DNA of 64,000 nucleotides from Candidatus Kapaibacterium sp. (GTDB taxonomy: Bacteria > Bacteroidota > Ignavibacteria > Kapaibacteriales > UBA961): contig JAXLVN010000004.1 of the NCBI GenBank assembly GCA_046328995.1, positions 274,599 through 338,598 of the forward strand, written 5' to 3'. Position numbers and translations under genes: made by a program. Under the pieces are notes generated by a model that had not been told where the DNA came from, did not search any database, and saw only the letters and a program-made list of their open reading frames with translations. Each line of letters begins with the position of its first letter. Within the stretch, counting starts at the first letter, position 1. Below are positions 29,489-38,392 of this stretch, one piece after another.

Positions 29489-30349
29489 TTGATTCTTACT
29501 ATTATGCGCCCTCTCCGATCATTCTCTCAGCGGTTTCTGCTCGTCGCCACGATGGCGTTCTTGCTGAATTCTGCCAGTAATGGACTCGTAGGGTCATACC
29601 TTGCTCTCTATCCACAGCTTGTATTGCAGCACTTCCAGTTGTGGCGCCTTGTGACCTTCCCGCTCGCTTCGCCAAGTATTGCCGGGATGATCCTGCTGTC
29701 GCTGTCAATGTTCTTATTTGCCGAAGAGTTAGAGCAAATCTACCGCAAACGCCTGCCACTCTTCATGCTCGGGCTCACCGGTTTTCTTGGTGTAGGCTAT
29801 ACGCTCCTCTTTCAGCATTCAATGCTCCCGCTGATAGGTGCAGAGCATCTTTCATTCTTCGTGCTTACACTGTTTTTATGGTCATTTCCGCGACGCGCGG
29901 TCGAAATTTTCGGCGCTCATATCCGCGGTGATGTCATTATTCTCATTTCGTCCTTTAGCTTTTTTACGTTCTCGCTTGTCGATGTCCTGCTCAATAAAGC
30001 ACCGTTTTTCGGGCTTGTTCTCCAAAGCGGACTCGGGATATTCTGCGGATTACTGACGGTGTTTATGTACCTGCAGGCAGCGGCGAACCGCAGACGCAAA
30101 GCACGAGAAGCGGAATTCCCGATGATACCTCTCGATGCACCGTTTGAGCCGGTGGAGGAAACCGACTATTTACCGCAGCAAAAACGCTATCCGGCAGCAA
30201 TTCCACAACATTATCAGGCGCATAGAGCGGAAATCAGCGATGAAGAACATGCCAATCAATTACTCGATAAAATTTTCTCACAAGGATCAGAGTCGCTCAC
30301 CCCTGCCGAACGTGATTTCTTGGAAAAATATTCCCAAACATTGAAATAA
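29489..30349 (+). CDS. Polytopic membrane protein of unknown function with an acidic or hydrophilic C-terminal tail
   Basis: It has 5-6 predicted TM helices and begins 11 nt after the NuoE-like gene. Confidence 0.45.
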   Translation: MILTIMRPLRSFSQRFLLVATMAFLLNSASNGLVGSYLALYPQLVLQHFQLWRLVTFPLASPSIAGMILLSLSMFLFAEELEQIYRKRLPLFMLGLTGFLGVGYTLLFQHSMLPLIGAEHLSFFVLTLFLWSFPRRAVEIFGAHIRGDVIILISSFSFFTFSLVDVLLNKAPFFGLVLQSGLGIFCGLLTVFMYLQAAANRRRKAREAEFPMIPLDAPFEPVEETDYLPQQKRYPAAIPQHYQAHRAEISDEEHANQLLDKIFSQGSESLTPAERDFLEKYSQTLK

Positions 30350-30464
30350 TTCCTTTATAGAGAGTGAACTTATGCCAATAGCGGCGTGCTTGTAACAAGC
30401 ATGCCGCTATTTTTTTTTGTGGAAATGAATCAGCGGTTGTGCTCTTTGTGTCATTGCCTGTACG

Positions 30465-31022
30465 ATGGAACAATCAATCTCTACATATTCAGACGCAGCC
30501 CTCTACGCCATGATGCGCGATGAGGCGACCAAGCAAGTGAGTTTTGCCGAACTCTACGCGCGCCATTCGACGAGGATTTTCCTCTATTGTCGCCGCGCTC
30601 TCGGTGATAATCACGCGGCTGATGATTTGTTCCAGGAAATATTTATCTCATTCTTGAAAAGCAGTGCCGGCAATCAGGACGTGGAAAATGTCGCCGCATA
30701 CCTCGTGCGCATCGCTCGGAATGCAGTACTGAATTCGAAGCGTACGCCACAACCGGCGATGATCTCGCTCGAAGACTTTCATCTGCCGATGAGTGATAAT
30801 CGCTATGAATCACAGGAAATTACCGAACTCATCGCATCGGCTCTCGATACATTACCCGACGATCAGCGCGAGTGCTTTGCATTGCAATTATACAGCGGAC
30901 TCACGTACGCAGAAATTGCAGAAGTCATGAATCTCCCGCTGACAACAGTGCGCAATCGCGTCGTGCGGGCAAAGCGGAGAACCAGGGAAATTCTCGCGCC
31001 CTATTTTGAAGAATATTTGTGA
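30465..31022 (+). CDS. RNA polymerase ECF-type sigma-70 factor
   Basis: A region-2 motif (DDLFQEIFISFLK) and a region-4 HTH (YAEIAEVMNLPLTTVRNRVVRAKRR) are present. The protein is 185 aa. Confidence 0.85.
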   Translation: MEQSISTYSDAALYAMMRDEATKQVSFAELYARHSTRIFLYCRRALGDNHAADDLFQEIFISFLKSSAGNQDVENVAAYLVRIARNAVLNSKRTPQPAMISLEDFHLPMSDNRYESQEITELIASALDTLPDDQRECFALQLYSGLTYAEIAEVMNLPLTTVRNRVVRAKRRTREILAPYFEEYL

Positions 31023-31093
31023 TGGTTAAATTGGCAATCGTAGTAATATCGTTATGAATATAATAGTAACGTATGTTTGGAGAGAAACATGCT

Positions 31094-31201
31094 GTCATTC
31101 TGAACCCTTCGTAGGGTGAAGAATCGAAACATGCTGTAAAATTATTCCTTTAGGACATCATCAAGTTTCGATTCTTCGGTCGAAGACTTCCTCAGAATGA
31201 C
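31094..31201. mobile_element. Miniature inverted-repeat (MITE-like) element, short copy
   Basis: Terminal inverted repeats of ~37 bp run from 31094 (GTCATTCTGAACCCTTCGTAGGGTGAAGAATCGAAAC) and end at 31201 (reverse complement GTCATTCTGAGGAAGTCTTCGACCGAAGAATCGAAAC). They enclose ~34 bp and are the same TIR family as 35577..35856. Confidence 0.7.
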
Positions 31202-31252
31202 ATCCTTATAAATCTATTTTCGTGTAATTTATCAATAGTTGAATGAATTAAA

Positions 31253-32410
31253 ATGGACTACTCAGAACTCATCTACTTATACATCGACGGCGAGGCAAGT
31301 GAGGCGGAGCGAACGCTGCTCTTCTCGGCGCTAGCGACCGACGCTGCACTTCAGGCGGAATTTAACGACGCCTTCAGGATGAATTCTGCCGTTCAGAAAG
31401 AAATCGAAACGACCGTTCCCCCACCCGAACTCACGAGCCAAGTGTTTGAAAAAGCAGGATTTGTAACGCCGGACGAACCATCCCGTAAAAAAGCAGGTTG
31501 GCTTGCCTTGCTGCTGCTGCTCATGAATTCCCGGGGAATTCCACTCCTCACGGCAGTCGGCGGCGCGCTGATTATGTACGGAGTGATGCGGTGGAATTCA
31601 GGCGCAGAACCAAGCGCGACAATTGCTGCAAATGACGCTTCACCGCAATCAATTTCAGCTCCACACAAGTTTCGTGATACGACATCTGCTACACCTTCAA
31701 TTCCCAATGAATCGATCGCGAGCCAACGAATAATTCCAACGAGCAGCAGTAGAATCATTCCTTCCGAACGTACACACATACCTTCCGAACATCTTAATAG
31801 TCAAGAAAATACGAAGAAGATTGTGCCGGATCTTATACCGGTTCGGCATACAATGAGCGCGTTGCATTCGTATCGCTCATCACCATTCGGTCGGGATGAT
31901 TGGCGCCGCCTGACAGCGCCGCAGAATACACTTTCGTTGCCTGCTGATGATTTCGCCGATCTTGTGATGCAGGTCAGCGGTCACAGCGGTTTGCAAGATC
32001 GTGGTGATGCATCACCTGCAATGCTCAATAATATGAGTATCAGCATTGCCTCGCACCTTTCGCCGAATCATCTTCTTGGCGGACAACTTGGGCAGGAGTC
32101 GTTCCCGATTTTCAGTTCAGACGGAACGTTTGAGAGGAATGTGAATGTGATGTGGATTGGCGCCTTATATCGCTACGAAATGGATGGTATCCAAGCACTT
32201 GGCGGTATTCAACCGTTTGCTCAGGTCGTGGCGGCCGGCACACGGTCGGGTCCGCTCGGCAAGGGCACACTCGGCGTGATGTGGCAACCCGAGAGTCGTA
32301 TTATTCTCTCCTTCGGACTCGAAGCCACGGCGCTTGTCTATCAATTCCAAAGCGCATCCTACGGCACGCAAAAGCTGGGCATGAATTATGGCATTTCTGT
32401 CAAATTTTAA
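31253..32410 (+). CDS. Anti-sigma factor for the upstream ECF sigma, with a large extracytoplasmic domain
   Basis: There is an N-terminal anti-sigma domain (MDYSELIYLYIDGEASEAERTLLFSAL), a TM segment (WLALLLLLM) and a Ser/Pro-rich region. Confidence 0.65.
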   Translation: MDYSELIYLYIDGEASEAERTLLFSALATDAALQAEFNDAFRMNSAVQKEIETTVPPPELTSQVFEKAGFVTPDEPSRKKAGWLALLLLLMNSRGIPLLTAVGGALIMYGVMRWNSGAEPSATIAANDASPQSISAPHKFRDTTSATPSIPNESIASQRIIPTSSSRIIPSERTHIPSEHLNSQENTKKIVPDLIPVRHTMSALHSYRSSPFGRDDWRRLTAPQNTLSLPADDFADLVMQVSGHSGLQDRGDASPAMLNNMSISIASHLSPNHLLGGQLGQESFPIFSSDGTFERNVNVMWIGALYRYEMDGIQALGGIQPFAQVVAAGTRSGPLGKGTLGVMWQPESRIILSFGLEATALVYQFQSASYGTQKLGMNYGISVKF

Positions 32411-32430
32411 ATTTTCAAGGGGATTTTCCA

Positions 32431-33009
32431 ATGAGTAAAGCATTTATCATCATGCTGTTATGCGGAGTATCTACGCTCACGGCGCAGGAGGAACAGGCAA
32501 CTTCTCCTTTTCATCATCAGATTGGTGTGGCAGGTTCGTTGATTTCCGGTATGGGAATCAGCTATCAGTATATATTTTCAGATGATTACCGGGTGAAGTG
32601 TACGGGGTTGTATTATACTGGAACAGATAATAATTCAAATTCAGATGATAGGACAGATACGGAGACGCAAGCGGGGCTGGAAGTGCAGAAGAGTCTTTTA
32701 AAGGGAAAAAGTACCCGTGTTTTTGCTTTTGTGGGAGTGGGAATATTGTCATCGACTACACTCAGCAATATCGATATTGACACTCGTGCGAGCAATACTC
32801 AGAACTATTATCACAGTGGCGCCGGTGTTGGAATTGAACTAGTAGTAGCCGGGCGCATAGCTTTTAATATTGAAGTAGGGGCGTTGTATTCTTTAAGAGT
32901 TACGCGAGGAGAATCCGTTGCTCCAAAATATAGTATATACGATTCACATTACTACCGTGAAGCGGGTTTCGGCATCGGCGGTGGCCTTGGTATCGGCTAT
33001 CAATTCTAA
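32431..33009 (+). CDS. Small outer-membrane beta-barrel protein, tandem paralogue 1
   Basis: The start is at MSKAFIIMLLCGVSTLTAQ. It has the conserved FHHQIGVAGS..SG.GISYQ motif and a C-terminal GIGYQF. Confidence 0.65.
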   Translation: MSKAFIIMLLCGVSTLTAQEEQATSPFHHQIGVAGSLISGMGISYQYIFSDDYRVKCTGLYYTGTDNNSNSDDRTDTETQAGLEVQKSLLKGKSTRVFAFVGVGILSSTTLSNIDIDTRASNTQNYYHSGAGVGIELVVAGRIAFNIEVGALYSLRVTRGESVAPKYSIYDSHYYREAGFGIGGGLGIGYQF

Positions 33010-33040
33010 ATATTTCTTCGTACTTTATCAAAGGATATGT

Positions 33041-33616
33041 ATGCTAAAAACTATCATTATCTTCTTGCTGTGTGGTATAGTAACGCTCACGGCGCAGGAG
33101 CAGGCCACGCAGGAATTTCATCATCAGATTGGTGTTGCGGGCTCGAGTATGTCGGGCTATGGTATCAGCTACCAGGCGATTTTTTCGGATAATTATCGGG
33201 TGAAGCTTACGGGCTTTTGTATGAGTGCATCGGCAAGTACGACGTATGATTCGGACGACTTCTATCTTTCGGCCGGGATTGAGGGACAGAAAACTCTCTA
33301 CAAGACTGAAGCCACACGGCTTTATGGACTGCTGGGTGTGGGATTCTACAAGCAGGGCAGTTATGATTATCCTCCAAATTATGGGTTTAGCAGTTATAGT
33401 CACACGGAAAATACGTATTCGGGAGGGGCAGGATTTGGGGTAGAGCTCATTGCTGCCGGGAGGATTTCCTTTAATTTCGACGTAGGACTTGCGTATTCAT
33501 TCAGCGAGCGGAAGTATTATACAAATGATGGCACTCCGTCACCGATAACGCCAATATTTCGGAGTGAGGTGGGTGTGGGTATTGCCGGTGGCATTGGATT
33601 CGGCTATCGATTTTAA
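33041..33616 (+). CDS. Small outer-membrane beta-barrel protein, tandem paralogue 2
   Basis: The start is at MLKTIIIFLLCGIVTLTAQ. It shares the FHHQIGVAGSSMSGYGISYQ motif and ends GFGYRF. Confidence 0.65.
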   Translation: MLKTIIIFLLCGIVTLTAQEQATQEFHHQIGVAGSSMSGYGISYQAIFSDNYRVKLTGFCMSASASTTYDSDDFYLSAGIEGQKTLYKTEATRLYGLLGVGFYKQGSYDYPPNYGFSSYSHTENTYSGGAGFGVELIAAGRISFNFDVGLAYSFSERKYYTNDGTPSPITPIFRSEVGVGIAGGIGFGYRF

Positions 33617-33649
33617 TTTCTTGGTTCACAACTATAGTATCACATTCTA

Positions 33650-34225
33650 TTGTATAGCGTTATGAAAACTACACTCTCATTGCTTCTTGCCTGTTTGTTT
33701 ACCTTCGGAATGCTTTCTGCCGCGCCGGTTGACTCTACGACGATTATGCATCATTCGATCGGGATATCGGGTTCGTCTATCACGGGTTTTGGCGTGGCGT
33801 ATCGCTACAATTTTGATAATCAATGGTATGCCAAAACCGTTGGCGCGCTTTATTATACCGAAGACAGCGACAGTCGAAGCGATTTTTACAGTTTTATAGG
33901 ACTTGAACTACAGCGGAATTTCATCCAAACCCCGAGCACGCGGCTTTATGGTTTTGCGGGGACGAGCTATTGGTACAACATGTCGGAGTCCTCCTACACT
34001 TCTGCCGGGGTAACTACTGTGTACACGTCAAAAGAGCATACGATGAATATCGGTGCGGGGGTAGGATTTGAGCTGTCAATTTGGGAGCATTTCGGAGTGA
34101 ATTTCGACTTTGGATTTCAATATGCCGGCATACAGCATCCAAGCACCACGACGACTGAGAGTAGTTTGAGGTCATCTTCGCGTTCCGGCATGGGCGGTGG
34201 AATCGGCTTCGGGTATCAATTCTAA
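33650..34225 (+). CDS. Small outer-membrane beta-barrel protein, tandem paralogue 3
   Basis: It has a signal peptide, the MHHSIGISGSSITGFGVAYRY motif and ends GFGYQF. Confidence 0.6.
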   Translation: MYSVMKTTLSLLLACLFTFGMLSAAPVDSTTIMHHSIGISGSSITGFGVAYRYNFDNQWYAKTVGALYYTEDSDSRSDFYSFIGLELQRNFIQTPSTRLYGFAGTSYWYNMSESSYTSAGVTTVYTSKEHTMNIGAGVGFELSIWEHFGVNFDFGFQYAGIQHPSTTTTESSLRSSSRSGMGGGIGFGYQF

Positions 34226-34334
34226 GCATTTCCCCGCCACGCAAATACATTGCCCAAAAAGCCGCTTGTACCCCCAAAGAGCGGCTTTTTTCGTAAATTG
34301 CACCCCATTATACCCACTTATCAAGGAAAAACTC

Positions 34335-34544
34335 ATGGCTAAAAATCCTATTGCGGCTAAAGTTCAGAAGGCAACTATGATCCTCGGCGTCGCTAATTTA
34401 CTGGCGGCATTCGCATTTCTCTTCGGCTATTTTATGTCGAAAGAATGGCTCTTCCTCGTCGCCTCCGGCGCAATGTTCGTCGCATTCGGCGGCATTATCG
34501 TGCTGGCAATCAAGATGAAAAAGAAACTCGCTGACCTCGAATAA
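34335..34544 (+). CDS. Small two-TM membrane protein (69 aa)
   Basis: I took the start at MAKNPIAAKVQK, with two hydrophobic helices. It lies 35 nt upstream of the DUF4349-like gene. Confidence 0.4.
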   Translation: MAKNPIAAKVQKATMILGVANLLAAFAFLFGYFMSKEWLFLVASGAMFVAFGGIIVLAIKMKKKLADLE

Positions 34545-34578
34545 TGATGTTCGTTTTCGCCTACTATTTCTCCTGCTT

Positions 34579-35550
34579 ATGAAATCTTTACTGCTTTATC
34601 GTATAGCCGCACTAGCGCTTGTCGTGGTTGTATTGTCTGGGTGTTGGAATAAATCGGGGAATTCAGAAACAGTGCCACAGACGAAGATGAAACTTGAAAA
34701 TCTACCCCCCGCTGAGCAACAGAGGAGTGGTTTGACAGATAATTTTCTGAATTCTCAAATTGCAAACAGTAGTACAGGTAATGGAACAGCACTTGATGTC
34801 GCTGCGAGCACTTCTACTGAACATAACACCGGCTCGAACTCTGCTGCAACACCAACGAAAAAAGAATCGAAAATCATCAAAAATGCGACTATCCGCATTC
34901 GAGTGAAGGACTTTCAGGCGGCAGGTTCGCAGATTGAGGAGATTATCAAGCGACAGGGCGGGTATTTTAGTTCGCAAACCGAGTCTCACACGAGCGATTC
35001 CCGCGAAAATCACGCAGTGATTCGTGTGGGGAATGAAAAATTCGATGCACTGGTCAAAGAACTCGTAAGCATCGCCGAACGTGTTGATTCTAAAAATACT
35101 TCCATCGATGATGTTACCGGTCAATTCGTCGATATTCAGGCGCGGTTGAAGGTAAAAAAAGAAACCGAGAGTAGGTTCTATGAAATCCTCAAGCAAGCCC
35201 GCACCGTCAGCGATATCCTCGAAGTGCAGGGGAAAATCAATGAAATCCGCGAAGAAATCGATGCAGCCGAGGGGAGATTACAAGTACTGAGCGATCAGGT
35301 GACGTTCAGCACCGTGAATCTTGAATACTACGAACGCTTAACGCAAGCTACCACGGCATCAGAAGATAGCTTCGGCGAGAATCTCGCTCGGGGATTCTCT
35401 AATGGTTGGCATGGATTGCTCTCGCTTATCGTATTTGCCGTCACGGTATGGCCATTTTGGATTATTTGCGCGGTATTTCTCTTTATCATTATCAAAAGCG
35501 CTAAACGTATGCGCCGGCAGACGAAAGGTGATACGACTACGAAGTCTTGA
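34579..35550 (+). CDS. DUF4349-like lipoprotein with a coiled-coil and a C-terminal TM anchor
   Basis: There is a lipobox (VVVLSGCW), a Ser/Thr-rich linker, a coiled-coil (RLKVKKETESRFYEILKQAR...AEGRLQVLSDQ) and a C-terminal TM (LLSLIVFAVTVWPFWIICAVFLFIII). Confidence 0.5.
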   Translation: MKSLLLYRIAALALVVVVLSGCWNKSGNSETVPQTKMKLENLPPAEQQRSGLTDNFLNSQIANSSTGNGTALDVAASTSTEHNTGSNSAATPTKKESKIIKNATIRIRVKDFQAAGSQIEEIIKRQGGYFSSQTESHTSDSRENHAVIRVGNEKFDALVKELVSIAERVDSKNTSIDDVTGQFVDIQARLKVKKETESRFYEILKQARTVSDILEVQGKINEIREEIDAAEGRLQVLSDQVTFSTVNLEYYERLTQATTASEDSFGENLARGFSNGWHGLLSLIVFAVTVWPFWIICAVFLFIIIKSAKRMRRQTKGDTTTKS

Positions 35551-35576
35551 GGAATATGCTACTTCCAAAAAAGTCT

Positions 35577-35856
35577 GTCATTCTGAGTGAGTCTTCGAGC
35601 GAAGAATCGACAAGAGCACTACGAACGTTGATGACGATTCTCGGATTTATTGGATTATAATCTGTTGAATAAGAACTCAGTTACAAGTAATCTTGAAGTA
35701 TGCCGATATGAAGTTAGATGCAAATATATACCAACAAAATAAACACATTCATCCTGAAACTGATTTGGTCGAAGTATCATAATGTGCTTCAATGTCATAA
35801 GATGTGACACCATTAGCAAGTGTCGATTCTTCAGTCGAAGACTCCTTCAGAATGAC
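35577..35856. mobile_element. MITE-like element, long copy (~37 bp TIRs flanking ~205 bp of AT-rich non-coding core)
   Basis: The left TIR begins at 35577 (GTCATTCTGAGTGAGTCTTCGAGCGAAGAATCGACAAG). The right TIR ends at 35856 (reverse complement GTCATTCTGAAGGAGTCTTCGACTGAAGAATCGACAC). There is no ORF inside. Confidence 0.7.
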
Positions 35857-35915
35857 ATACTGTTAACTCTATGTCCATAATTGATTTCCCTCAATGTACC
35901 TCAAAATAACTACAC

Positions 35916-37100
35916 ATGAATACTACCCTTATCTCCCGTGAACATGATGCAATTTTTCAGACCTACAGGCGGCTGCCGGTAGCAATTGACCATGCCGCAG
36001 GATGCAGAGTCTATGACACCGAAGGCAATGTTTATCTCGATTTTTTAGGTGGAATTGCCGTCAACGCGCTCGGTCATAGTCATCCGCGGATCATCGAAGC
36101 CGTCGAAAAACAGCTTCGCAAGTATATGCATGTGTCGAATTATTTCTATCAGGAGCCGCAGATTCAGCTTGCTGAAAAATTAAAAGAAATCACCGGATTT
36201 GATCGGGTGTATTTCAGTAATTCCGGTTCGGAATCCTTCGAAGGCGCCGTAAAACTCGCCCGTAAATGGGGTAATGCACGCGGAAAAACAGAGATTATAG
36301 GGTTCAGCGGCGGCTTCCACGGACGCACCTACGCTCCGCTCTCCGTCATGGATAAACCGTTGTATAAAAACGGGATGGAACCATTTCTTCCTAATAATCG
36401 TGTGCTGAAGTTTAATGATTGCGAACAATTACGCGCACATGTCAATGAAGCAACCTGTGCAATTGCAGTAGAATATTTGCAAGGCGAAGGCGGCGTGACA
36501 TTCGCGACGCAGGAATTCGCCGCAACGATTGAAGAATTGCGGCAGCAGTACGGCTTCCTCCTCATCGCCGATGAAGTGCAGGCAGGCGGCGGTCGCACGG
36601 GACATTTCTACGGATTTCAGCATCGGAATGCAACGCCCGATATCGTAACGATGGCAAAGGCAATCGGCGGCGGACTCCCGCTGGGCGCGATACTCGCGCG
36701 TGAACATGTCGCAGACGAGTGGAAACCCGGAATGCATGGCACGACATACGGCGGCAACGCGCTTGCCTGCGCGGCAGGACTCGTCGTTCTTGAGGAGCTT
36801 GGTCACGGAATTACCGAGAATGTATGGACGGTTGGCGCATATCTTACCGAAAAGCTACAGGAAGTTCAGCGAGAATTTCCGGAGAAAATCACCGAACTCC
36901 GCGGTTGTGGCATGATGCAGGGCGTCGTGTTAAATGGTGAATCTCAGCCAATCGTAAATGCATTACTTACCCGAAAAGTAATCGCTAATGCCACATCCGT
37001 CAATGTCGTGCGGCTCTTGCCTCCGCTGACGATTACCACAAGCGATGTCGATGAGTTTATCGGGCATTTCAGGGCGGTGATTGCGGAAGCCAAATTGTAA
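35916..37100 (+). CDS. argD: Class-III PLP-dependent aminotransferase, acetylornithine/succinylornithine aminotransferase-like
   Basis: Class III aminotransferase motifs are present (DFLGGIAVNALGHSHP, FIADEVQAGGGRTG, TMAKAIGGGLP). The protein is 394 aa. Confidence 0.7.
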   Translation: MNTTLISREHDAIFQTYRRLPVAIDHAAGCRVYDTEGNVYLDFLGGIAVNALGHSHPRIIEAVEKQLRKYMHVSNYFYQEPQIQLAEKLKEITGFDRVYFSNSGSESFEGAVKLARKWGNARGKTEIIGFSGGFHGRTYAPLSVMDKPLYKNGMEPFLPNNRVLKFNDCEQLRAHVNEATCAIAVEYLQGEGGVTFATQEFAATIEELRQQYGFLLIADEVQAGGGRTGHFYGFQHRNATPDIVTMAKAIGGGLPLGAILAREHVADEWKPGMHGTTYGGNALACAAGLVVLEELGHGITENVWTVGAYLTEKLQEVQREFPEKITELRGCGMMQGVVLNGESQPIVNALLTRKVIANATSVNVVRLLPPLTITTSDVDEFIGHFRAVIAEAKL

Positions 37101-37117
37101 CATAAAAGGGAAATTCA

Positions 37118-37498
37118 ATGGGACTCATCCGCACAACAATTACACTTGCTAATCCTGCAAAGCTGGACTTACAACCAATTGATGTTACTGCACTTGTCGA
37201 TACCGGTGCACTGCATTTGTGTATCCCTGAGCATGTCGCTCTTCAATTGAACCTCAAAGAAATCGAACAACGAGAGGTCGTCTTGGCTGACGGGAAGCGT
37301 CAGCGTGTGCCGTATTGCGGTCCGATAGAAGTTCGCTTTAAAAATCGTCGGTGTTTTGTCGGTGCTTTAGTACTCGGCGATGAATGCCTGCTCGGAGCAA
37401 TCCCGATGGAGGATATGGATGTCGTACTTTCACCATCAAGACTGCATATTGATGTCAATCCTCAAAGTCCGAATATTGCAGTGTCGTCAGCGAAGTGA
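37118..37498 (+). CDS. Retropepsin-like (clan AA) aspartic protease family protein
   Basis: A single DTG motif (ALVDTGALHLCIP) is present in a 126 aa protein. It begins 18 nt after the aminotransferase gene. Confidence 0.6.
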   Translation: MGLIRTTITLANPAKLDLQPIDVTALVDTGALHLCIPEHVALQLNLKEIEQREVVLADGKRQRVPYCGPIEVRFKNRRCFVGALVLGDECLLGAIPMEDMDVVLSPSRLHIDVNPQSPNIAVSSAK

Positions 37499-37571
37499 GA
37501 GTGAACACTATTGAACAACAAAAGCCGCTTCCATGTGAAGCGGCTTTTGTGGTTGTTACGAATAGAGAAGA

Positions 37572-38264
37572 TTATTTTCCGGGGAGCCCGAGCGAACCGA
37601 AATACACGCCCAAGCTGAGCGATACGAACGACTTGGAGGGTTCGTTGCTTGACTCGCGTCCGATAAAATTCACAAGATTATACTTTCCTTCAACATTGAT
37701 GGTGACGAGCTTGAGATCGAGATCGACGCCGGCACCGAAGCCCACGCCGACGCGATTATACGTCGGACTCTGCGCGATCGGCACGGGCGTGCCTTGTACG
37801 GTAGCGTCGATAGTGCTGGAGATGTAATTATAGGTTAATTCACCGGTTGCGTAAATTCCAATTGATTTACGAACGAGGTAGTAATTCATACCGGCGGCAA
37901 TAGGAACAATATTTTGTACGGTAGTCAATTCACCGACAACGGAGTCTAATTGTGTACCCGTCGCGACGGCCACGCGGATTTTCGACTGTGGAAAGCGGGA
38001 CCAGGAAATACCGCCACTGAAGACAATTTCCTCGCTGAGACCAAAGCGCAGGCGTACGCCGCCATGATAGCCGAGCGCTGCAGCATCACGCTGCATGCGT
38101 CCGGAAAAGTCCGGCGCGGTGATAAAATCACTATTATACACATTGTTAATTTGGTCACTTGGGGTAGAGAGTCCGAGGTAAAGGCCGAAGGAAGACTGAG
38201 CATGCGAGGAGGAGCTAATCAGCAGTAAGCCAAAGCAAAGAAGAAGGATATGTAATTTATGCAT
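37572..38264 (-). CDS. Outer-membrane beta-barrel (porin-like) protein
   Basis: It has a signal peptide (MHKLHILLLCFGLLLISSSSHAQ), Gly/aromatic-rich alternating strands and a C-terminal ..LPGK. Confidence 0.55.
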   Translation of the reverse strand: MHKLHILLLCFGLLLISSSSHAQSSFGLYLGLSTPSDQINNVYNSDFITAPDFSGRMQRDAAALGYHGGVRLRFGLSEEIVFSGGISWSRFPQSKIRVAVATGTQLDSVVGELTTVQNIVPIAAGMNYYLVRKSIGIYATGELTYNYISSTIDATVQGTPVPIAQSPTYNRVGVGFGAGVDLDLKLVTINVEGKYNLVNFIGRESSNEPSKSFVSLSLGVYFGSLGLPGK

Positions 38265-38392
38265 AGAATACGGGTGGAATTTGATACAAAAAACGTTGCG
38301 CTCTTACGACGCAATCGGCGAAAGGATGCAACGAATCACTATGTGGTTTATTATTTCAGACAAAGAGTAGAAAAATACGTCGGGAGGTTTTG

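Noticed and set aside
29489-30349. Rhomboid-family intramembrane protease assignment
   Set aside because: WRL and GAH-like motifs are present, but the GxSG serine motif is absent (GAEH). The spacing between the putative Ser and His positions (~30 aa) is too short for rhomboid TM4-TM6. I kept the call as a generic membrane protein.
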